A stretch of 10,339 nt of DNA, taken from assembly GCA_046536775.1 (NCBI GenBank), contig JAWDMD010000016.1:1-10339 (forward strand), written 5' to 3'. The DNA comes from Candidatus Nanopusillus sp. (GTDB lineage Archaea > Nanobdellota > Nanobdellia > Nanobdellales > Nanobdellaceae). A program made the position numbers and the translations under genes. Shown here piece after piece: positions 1 to 6,289 of the stretch (positions within the stretch are counted from its first letter, which is position 1; the number at the start of each line of letters is the position of its first letter). The notes under the pieces are model-generated. The model worked only from the letters and a program-made list of their open reading frames with translations, had not been told where the DNA came from and ran no database searches.

Positions 1-2
1 TT

Positions 3-1220
3 ATGTTATTAACAATATTTCCCCTTGCATCAATATTCTTAGGAAATATGTTTAGTCCCCCAGTTTTGTTTATATTATTCGATATTTTAATACCACTTAT
101 AGCATTTTATTCGATTAATTACGCAATTTCTTCGAAAATAATTAATGTTTTTTCAAATGATGATATATATTTATTCTATTATTTAAGGAAAAAGGATTTA
201 ACAAATAAATTAATATCGGTAGCTAGTGGAATTTCGGTAAGTATACTACTATTTTTTATAATCTTTTTTGTAATATATCAATATTTATATAAATTTGATA
301 TTTCAGGAATATTATTATCAGAATTTTTAGTATTTATAATGGGTTTGTCCATTTCAGTAATTGCTTTTATTTATTATTCTCATTATAAGGATTTATATAA
401 AAATTTAGAAAGAATAGGAACAGATTTACCATCGTTTTTATTATCTTTAAGTTCAGCATTGAATGAAGGTTATCCACTTGAAAAGGCAATGATATATATT
501 TACTCTAAATATAAAGGTAGTCCAATAGGAGATTTTATATCAAAAATATATCAAAACTTAAGGGCAGGTTTATCATTTTATGATTCAATATTTGATATTG
601 AATATGGAGCTCTATCTAAAATTCCATCATCGCAATTGAGAGCTGCAATGGAACTATTATATGAAGCTAGCAGTCAATCTCCTACAGAAGCTTCTATTAT
701 AACAGGTATAATTGCAAAATATTTTTTATTAATATCAAAAGTAAAAGAGAGAATTAAAGACCTTGTAGCAGAAGATTTATCTCAATTAAAGTCTCTATTG
801 AGAATTTTAGGTCCAGTTATTCTAGGAATAATAAGTGCAGTTAGTGTAATGGTTATAGAAATTTTATATAAATTGTCTTTTCAATTTAATCAACTATCTA
901 ATTTAACATCATCTAATTCTAATGTTTCTCAATATGTAAACTCATTACCAAATATTATATTTAATATATTTAACCTAAATTCTCTCATATCTCCCGATTC
1001 AATGATAATTATAATTGGAATATTTAATTTAGCAATAGCTTTTGTAATTACATATGCAATTAATAGTATAGAAAATAGTGGGGATAAATTGGGATTTTAT
1101 TATTATTTATATAGATATTATATAATTAATATATTAATATTCTTTATATTTTCCACTTTATCTACAATAGGATTATATATGTTTATACAGGGAATATTAA
1201 ATATTAGCCAACTTATCTAA
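3..1220 (+). CDS. Polytopic membrane protein with a T2SS-F (GspF/TadC/FlaJ-like) domain. Probable platform protein of an archaeal type IV pilus/archaellum-type machine, possibly 5'-truncated by the window edge.
   Basis: 405-aa ORF from the track. It has multiple hydrophobic helices. The central soluble segment LPSFLLSLSSALNEGYPLEKAMIYIYSKYKGSPIGDFISKIYQNLRAGLSFYDSIFDI...IPSSQLRAAMELLYEASSQS matches the helical-bundle pattern of T2SS-F domains (x-G-x-sL-x-eAl ... l-x-x-G-x-s-x-x-x-a). FlaJ/TadC proteins normally carry two such repeats and only one is visible, and the ORF starts at nt 3, so the true start may lie upstream of the window. Confidence 0.55.
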   Translation: MLLTIFPLASIFLGNMFSPPVLFILFDILIPLIAFYSINYAISSKIINVFSNDDIYLFYYLRKKDLTNKLISVASGISVSILLFFIIFFVIYQYLYKFDISGILLSEFLVFIMGLSISVIAFIYYSHYKDLYKNLERIGTDLPSFLLSLSSALNEGYPLEKAMIYIYSKYKGSPIGDFISKIYQNLRAGLSFYDSIFDIEYGALSKIPSSQLRAAMELLYEASSQSPTEASIITGIIAKYFLLISKVKERIKDLVAEDLSQLKSLLRILGPVILGIISAVSVMVIEILYKLSFQFNQLSNLTSSNSNVSQYVNSLPNIIFNIFNLNSLISPDSMIIIIGIFNLAIAFVITYAINSIENSGDKLGFYYYLYRYYIINILIFFIFSTLSTIGLYMFIQGILNISQLI

Positions 1221-1874
1221 ATTTTTTATTAGAATATCAATTGTTATTCCATTTATATTATTATCTATTACATCATCAATCAATCTTGGACATGCAGAGA
1301 AGATCCAGAAATCTATATATGGAAAATTTAATAATTGTAAAATATCGATTGTATCTCCAATAAATAAGTATACATTTTTTCCAGATTTTTCTAATTTATC
1401 TCTAATTTTTGATGTCTCTACATAATAATATTGTCCAGGCTTTATCGATAATATTATACCAATGTTCTTTGAATTCTTTAATTTATTCAATAGAAATTCT
1501 AAAATTTTATCAAAATTATAATCTGGTTCATAAACTTTTATTTCTCCATATATTGGATCATAGACAATTACATGTTTCTTTAATTTTCTTATAATATTTT
1601 CTGCATGAAATTTTCCATTTCCAATTAATAATACTGTATCTATATCATTTATATTTGCAGGTTCTGAATAACATCCCAAAACATTTATCCCATATAATTC
1701 TTCTTTTAATATTATTTCATAATCTTCCTTTAATATCTCATATATTTTCTTAGCATATTCTGAATATTGCGTTAAAGATGTTAGAGCGAATTTTTTTGGT
1801 AAATATTTTTTTAATTCATCCAAATTTTTAATTTCTTTTAATTTATATCTTGTTGGTATATTTATTATATCCAT
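1197..1874 (-). CDS. dph2: Dph2-like 2-(3-amino-3-carboxypropyl)histidine synthase (diphthamide biosynthesis, radical-SAM-type), N-terminally short form
   Basis: The motifs VLGC, IGNGKFHA and SACPRL align with the VLGC / GSGIFHP / VACPRV motifs of Pyrococcus horikoshii Dph2 domains 2-3. The track start at 1877 is TTG and is immediately followed by ATG at 1874, so I take the ATG. An in-frame TAA at 1887-1889 forbids any N-terminal extension. Confidence 0.75.
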   Translation of the reverse strand: MDIINIPTRYKLKEIKNLDELKKYLPKKFALTSLTQYSEYAKKIYEILKEDYEIILKEELYGINVLGCYSEPANINDIDTVLLIGNGKFHAENIIRKLKKHVIVYDPIYGEIKVYEPDYNFDKILEFLLNKLKNSKNIGIILSIKPGQYYYVETSKIRDKLEKSGKNVYLFIGDTIDILQLLNFPYIDFWIFSACPRLIDDVIDNNINGITIDILIKNLDKLANI

Positions 1875-1908
1875 CAAACTTATAATTTAAAAAACGAATA
1901 AAAATCTA

Positions 1909-3054
1909 ATGATAGATGTTATAAATGCGAAGAAACTTGCAGAAAAATATAAGAAATTATATGGAAAATCTATAATATTAAAAAAGGATATAAATGGGTA
2001 CACTCCCCCATCAAATTTAATTAGTTCAATTAATTATCCAAAATTATCTTTGGGTGTTTTGACATCTTATAATGAAAATATAGAATTATATGATAATCCA
2101 ATATATTGGGCAAAAAATAATATAGATGTTGAAGAAATTATAAAGAGTAGAGTAAGTTTAATAAATGCAAAGAAAATTGTAGGTGCAAATTTACCAAGAA
2201 AAAATGATAAATTATATAATGAAATTTTAGATTCAATGTTATCAGTTAAATCGATAAATTTGGAAATATATTTAAATAAAATAAGTGAAAATATGGAAAT
2301 TTCAAAGATAATAGGGTTATATGGGTATTCTGGAATAATAGATAAAATAAAGATAAATGAAAACCCAAAGATACCAAATGATATATATAAAATAGAGGAA
2401 ATGAAGTCGGAAGATTCTATATATTTTCTATATAAATCTGGAATGTCAGATTATTATTTATCAAGATTATTTTCAATGGGTTTCTTTGGATATAAGATAA
2501 ATAAAAAATTAGTTCCAAGTAAATGGGCAATAACAGCAGTTCATGAAATTTTAGAGAAAAAAATAAAGGAAGAAATAAAAGATTATTCTAAAATTAATGA
2601 TAAATATTATTTATTCTATTATTCTTTATATGGAAATGATTTTTATGGGGTATTTTTTCCAGGTAATGGAAATTCCGAATTGATCGAGACATTAATACCA
2701 GGTTCTGTATATAATTTAAACTCTAAATATAGTATAATTGGTAGAGATGATGAATCTGGTGGTTATAGTGCTTTAAAATTATCTTTTGCAGAATTTATGA
2801 GAAATTATAAAATGACTGGAAATTTGGTTGTATTTAGATTTGTAACAAAAGAGTATAAAGTTCCTTTGGGCGTTTGGGTTGTTAGGGAAGGAACTAAATA
2901 TATGTTAAATAATTTAGTAGAAAAATTTGATAATTATAACGAACTAATAAAATATCTAAGTAATAAATTTATGAATAAATATAATGTTTCGGTATATAAA
3001 TTAAGAAAATATAGTAATTTATTGAGTCAGAAATCAATTTTTAATTTTATTTAA
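1909..3054 (+). CDS. Nre-family protein (archaeal DUF650/DUF651, putative PCNA-associated DNA repair factor)
   Basis: YTPPSNLISSINYPKLSLGVL, VPSKWAITAVHEIL and GGYSALKLS...KVPLGVWVVREGTK resemble the conserved blocks I recall for Nre N- and C-terminal domains (sPPsvFVG..YP.v.vGpl; P.kWsITAVDd; GGYYA...PLGVWqVRE). The extreme C-terminus QKSIFNFI fits a PIP box. Confidence 0.6.
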   Translation: MIDVINAKKLAEKYKKLYGKSIILKKDINGYTPPSNLISSINYPKLSLGVLTSYNENIELYDNPIYWAKNNIDVEEIIKSRVSLINAKKIVGANLPRKNDKLYNEILDSMLSVKSINLEIYLNKISENMEISKIIGLYGYSGIIDKIKINENPKIPNDIYKIEEMKSEDSIYFLYKSGMSDYYLSRLFSMGFFGYKINKKLVPSKWAITAVHEILEKKIKEEIKDYSKINDKYYLFYYSLYGNDFYGVFFPGNGNSELIETLIPGSVYNLNSKYSIIGRDDESGGYSALKLSFAEFMRNYKMTGNLVVFRFVTKEYKVPLGVWVVREGTKYMLNNLVEKFDNYNELIKYLSNKFMNKYNVSVYKLRKYSNLLSQKSIFNFI

Positions 3055-3507
3055 ATAATATTTTGTTATACTATCTCCATAATAATGTATATTTTCTACT
3101 ATCTTTCCTTTTTCCATTTTAATGGCATCATTACTATCATATAATACTCTTCCAATTGCTAATAATTTATTATCTTCAGATATTATCAATATTATTTCAT
3201 CCTTTTTGAAATCTGAAAATTCAATTATTCCTGGTCTAAATACATCCGCACCATTTAATATTTTCTCTTTTGCTCCAATATTTACTTTAATATAATTCAT
3301 ATTTGCTTCACATTCATTTATCAAAAATATTGTTGGATATATTTTTTTATCTTTTATAAAAGCTATTGGAATATTATTATATATATAAATATTGTTTTCT
3401 TCATCTAAAAAAACATTTTCATTTTTTAATTTTTCGCATTCTATCTTATAATTGTTTTTTAATACCTCTATTAAATCTTTTCTTGATTTTTTATCTAAAC
3501 TTTTCAT
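3034..3507 (-). CDS. PUA-domain RNA-binding protein (universal archaeal PUA protein, Tma20/MCT-1- or Nip7-like)
   Basis: 157 aa. The C-terminal half KILNGADVFRPGIIEFSDFKKDEIILIISEDNKLLAIGRVLYDSNDAIKMEKGKIVENIHYYGDSI is a typical PUA fold signature (GA.v..pGi......gd.V.v......laiG......e......kG..v...h..gD). I cannot tell the Tma20 and Nip7 subfamilies apart by eye. Confidence 0.75.
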   Translation of the reverse strand: MKSLDKKSRKDLIEVLKNNYKIECEKLKNENVFLDEENNIYIYNNIPIAFIKDKKIYPTIFLINECEANMNYIKVNIGAKEKILNGADVFRPGIIEFSDFKKDEIILIISEDNKLLAIGRVLYDSNDAIKMEKGKIVENIHYYGDSITKYYLNKIKN

Positions 3508-3543
3508 AGAAATATATATAAGTATTTAGTTTAAAAATTAATA

Positions 3544-3804
3544 ATGGTTAGCTTTGATTACAAAACGCCAAATTTGCTAGAAATAATATTATTGGTAGGA
3601 TTTTTTATTAATATGGTGTTCGGATACCTTTTATTGTTCAAAAGCATAGAACTTCCAGTTGCACTACAAAGTTCAGCTGCCGTAGTTATAACAGCTTTAT
3701 TTACATGGTTGGGAGTATTATGGTTATCTGTAATTGCAATATTAATAGAGTATACTAGAAAGGATGTAATAGAATTAAAGGAAAAGCTTGAAAAGAATAA
3801 ATAA
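3544..3804 (+). CDS. Small membrane protein of unknown function (two predicted TM helices plus a charged C-terminal helix)
   Basis: 86-aa ATG-initiated ORF that exactly fills the gap between two minus-strand genes. It has two hydrophobic stretches (LLEIILLVGFFINMVFGYLLLF and VVITALFTWLGVLWLSVIAILI) followed by RKDVIELKEKLEKNK. No family recognised. Confidence 0.45.
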   Translation: MVSFDYKTPNLLEIILLVGFFINMVFGYLLLFKSIELPVALQSSAAVVITALFTWLGVLWLSVIAILIEYTRKDVIELKEKLEKNK

Positions 3805-4653
3805 TTATATTTTTAGTTTTAATTCAACAATATCTTTATCTTCTAATTTATAATTTAATCCAGCTCTTATAATCTTATTTTCTCTAATTATCTTTGCATA
3901 TCTAAATTTATCTATCCACTTTTTATTTATCTTTTCAATGAAATCTTTTATAGTAGAATCCTCATTTAATATAACACAATGATCGGAATCTATTGGTTTT
4001 ACCCTTATTAAATCTAAATCTTTAATCATAGTTTCCAATATTTCTTGTAAATTTATATCTTTAAAATCATTAAATTTATTATATATTATTTTATATTTAT
4101 TACTTGGAATTGTACTAAATTCAATTACTCCTTCGGAAAACTCATTTATTCTTTCTAATTGTTCTTTTATATTTCTTTTTTCATCTAATATTAATATATA
4201 ATAATCTGATAATGATAAAATTGATCTAAATTTTCTTTCAAATGTGGATGGGATTTCAACAAATTGATAATATACACAATTATAAAATATGGTACCAATT
4301 GCAGGATTTATTGTAGAAAAGGGAATTTCACTTACTTCAACATTTGCGTTTGTGAATTTCCTTAAAAAATAGCTTTTTCCAGAGTTTTCTATTCCCAATA
4401 TGCCTATTAAAATATCACCAGATTTTTCTATTAACTTTATGCCACTACCTCCTTTTTTATATTTACCTCCTTGAATTATTTTTTCATATTCTGATATTTT
4501 TTTATTTATCCATGCAATTAAATGTTCAGATCCTTTGTGTTTTGGAGCAGTTTTTAACATTTCATATAAATATTTTAATTTTTCTTCTGGAGTTTTAGAA
4601 TTTTCATATTTTTCTTTGGCAGCATAAAATTCCGGCCCCGCATTTGTTACCAT
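3805..4653 (-). CDS. Divergent, shortened DRG-family GTP-binding protein with C-terminal TGS domain
   Basis: The N-terminal helix region KHKGSEHLIAWINKKISEY matches the DRG pattern KNKATEyHiG.LKAKiA. The P-loop is GIENSGKS and G2 is PFSTINP. The C-terminal FRYAKIIRENKIIRAGLNYKLEDKDIVELKLKI matches the TGS end FRYA.vWG....g.rVg..h.LeDgDi. G3 and G4 are degenerate (see findings). Confidence 0.65.
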   Translation of the reverse strand: MVTNAGPEFYAAKEKYENSKTPEEKLKYLYEMLKTAPKHKGSEHLIAWINKKISEYEKIIQGGKYKKGGSGIKLIEKSGDILIGILGIENSGKSYFLRKFTNANVEVSEIPFSTINPAIGTIFYNCVYYQFVEIPSTFERKFRSILSLSDYYILILDEKRNIKEQLERINEFSEGVIEFSTIPSNKYKIIYNKFNDFKDINLQEILETMIKDLDLIRVKPIDSDHCVILNEDSTIKDFIEKINKKWIDKFRYAKIIRENKIIRAGLNYKLEDKDIVELKLKI

Positions 4654-5054
4654 ATTATATGTAATCTCTTATTTGAATAAAAAATTACTGGTATATGTAA
4701 TTTCTTTAATATCATCCTTAAATTTTTATCTAGTGTACATACAATAAATTTATCAGATAAGGCTGTTTTTATTATAAGTCTATCAGTTTTTTCATAATTT
4801 TCTTTTGTCTCTATAATATTTATATTATTCTTTTTTATATATTCTAATACTAAATTATATGTTTTTTTCCATTTTTCAGATTTTGAACTATTTATTTTAT
4901 TTTCAATTTCAATAATATTCTTTCTTAATGTATAAAATCCATCATATTCAATATTATTCCTCACTAGAAAATCTTTTAATTCATTTATTACATCAAAATT
5001 CTCATAAAATGGAATAAAAAATATGTTTGTATCAATTAATATCTTATATTTCAT
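4647..5054 (-). CDS. PIN-domain protein, Fcf1/Utp24-like (COG1412-type predicted rRNA-processing endonuclease)
   Basis: ILIDTNIFF at the N-terminus, an acidic TDRLII block, and C-terminal IVCTLDKNLRMILKKLHIPVIF match the Fcf1-type PIN pattern (lDTNfl ... vaTnD.eLr.rl...gvPvi). The position directly downstream of aIF2 gamma is a conserved archaeal neighbourhood. Confidence 0.7.
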   Translation of the reverse strand: MKYKILIDTNIFFIPFYENFDVINELKDFLVRNNIEYDGFYTLRKNIIEIENKINSSKSEKWKKTYNLVLEYIKKNNINIIETKENYEKTDRLIIKTALSDKFIVCTLDKNLRMILKKLHIPVIFYSNKRLHIIW

Positions 5055-6250
5055 AATAATTTACCAATTGCAAATATCTTCCATCTTTTATTAATATTTC
5101 TTAATATTATTACTTTATCATCTTTATATCCTAGAACTGGTTTATTTAACTTTATGGTAATTACATTTCCTTTCTCTATATTTTTTATAATTCCATCAGA
5201 AATTATATTATACAAGCCTACTATTACTGTTTCTCCTTTTTGAATTCTTTCATTTTCATTAAATAGTTCTTTTATTATTTCATATTTTATCCTTATTTCA
5301 TCATATTGTGGGGGTAATTTATTTATATATCCAGCAATTTGACCTGCTAATGTATCGTCTTTTGTAACTGAAGGATCTAAACTTGTTCCAATTCCAGCAG
5401 TTCCCTTTGGTAATATTTCTTCTACGTCGCGATTACCTTGTTTTAATGAAACTATCCTTGTTTTTATAGGAACCCATTTATTATTAATAAATAATCCAGG
5501 TCTTACTTCTATCTCATCATTTAATTTTAATTTACCCTTTAGTAAACTTCCTCCACAAACACCTCCAACTAATTTTTCTATATCTGTACCTGGTTTATTT
5601 ACATCAAATGATCTTGATATTAAAAATATTGGATCTGAATTTTCATCTTTTTCGGGTTTTGGTAAATTAGCCAATTCTTCTAATAAGTAATTTATATTTA
5701 CATTATTTATTGCAGATATTGGAATTATTTTTACTTTATTCTTATTAATATTTAATTTGTCTAGTAAATTTAATATTTCTTGATAATTCTTCATTGCTTC
5801 TTCTTTCGTTACTAGATCAATTTTATTTTGTACAATTATTAATGGTTTATTTCCTAAATACTTAAATGCTACAAGATGTTCCAATGTTTGTGGTTGTGGG
5901 AATGGCTCATTTGCAGCAACAACTAATATAGCAGCATCGACAATTGCAGCACCTGTTAACATTACCATTAATAAGCTCTCATGACCAGGTGCATCTACAA
6001 CAGATATTTTTCTAATTGGTTTATTTTCTTTATCACATACTGGACATGTTTTTTCTGTAAAATATCCATGTTTTTCACATTCATATATTGTAAAATCTGC
6101 ATATCCCAATTTTATTGTTAATCCTCTTTTTATTTCTTCAGAATGTTTTGATAGCCATTGATTTGTTAGTGCTTTTGCCAATGTTGTTTTTCCATGATCA
6201 ACATGTCCTAATATTATTATTGATAGATCAGGATATATTATATCATCCAT
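5051..6250 (-). CDS. eif2g: Translation initiation factor aIF2 gamma subunit
   Basis: GTPase motifs GHVDHGKTTL (G1), DAPGHE (G3) and NKIDL (G4). A zinc-knuckle insert lies between G2 and G3. The 399-aa length and beta-barrel domains II/III (VGGVCGGSLLKGKLKLNDEIEVRPG) are typical of aIF2 gamma/eIF2 gamma. Confidence 0.95.
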   Translation of the reverse strand: MDDIIYPDLSIIILGHVDHGKTTLAKALTNQWLSKHSEEIKRGLTIKLGYADFTIYECEKHGYFTEKTCPVCDKENKPIRKISVVDAPGHESLLMVMLTGAAIVDAAILVVAANEPFPQPQTLEHLVAFKYLGNKPLIIVQNKIDLVTKEEAMKNYQEILNLLDKLNINKNKVKIIPISAINNVNINYLLEELANLPKPEKDENSDPIFLISRSFDVNKPGTDIEKLVGGVCGGSLLKGKLKLNDEIEVRPGLFINNKWVPIKTRIVSLKQGNRDVEEILPKGTAGIGTSLDPSVTKDDTLAGQIAGYINKLPPQYDEIRIKYEIIKELFNENERIQKGETVIVGLYNIISDGIIKNIEKGNVITIKLNKPVLGYKDDKVIILRNINKRWKIFAIGKLL

Positions 6251-6289
6251 TCACTTATTTTTAATAAAAAAGTTAAAAAATAATAATTT

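Noticed and set aside
155-166. C/D-box sRNA candidates (ATGATGA-like strings here, at about 2746-2755 and the TGATGT at about 8334-8340)
   Set aside because: No appropriately spaced CTGA D box or terminal stem accompanies them. The first two lie inside coding regions, where the string simply encodes N-D-D or D-D-E.
1409-1594. 61-aa plus-strand ORF from the track
   Set aside because: It lies entirely antisense inside the well-supported dph2 gene. It has low-complexity composition, no recognisable motif and no room for its own promoter. It is most likely a chance ORF in AT-rich DNA.
4631-4641. Short GC-rich patch (CCGGCCCCGCA) considered as a possible tRNA half or structured RNA fragment
   Set aside because: It is only about 11 nt, has no complementary partner nearby, and is explained by the codons for N-A-G-P-E at the DRG N-terminus.
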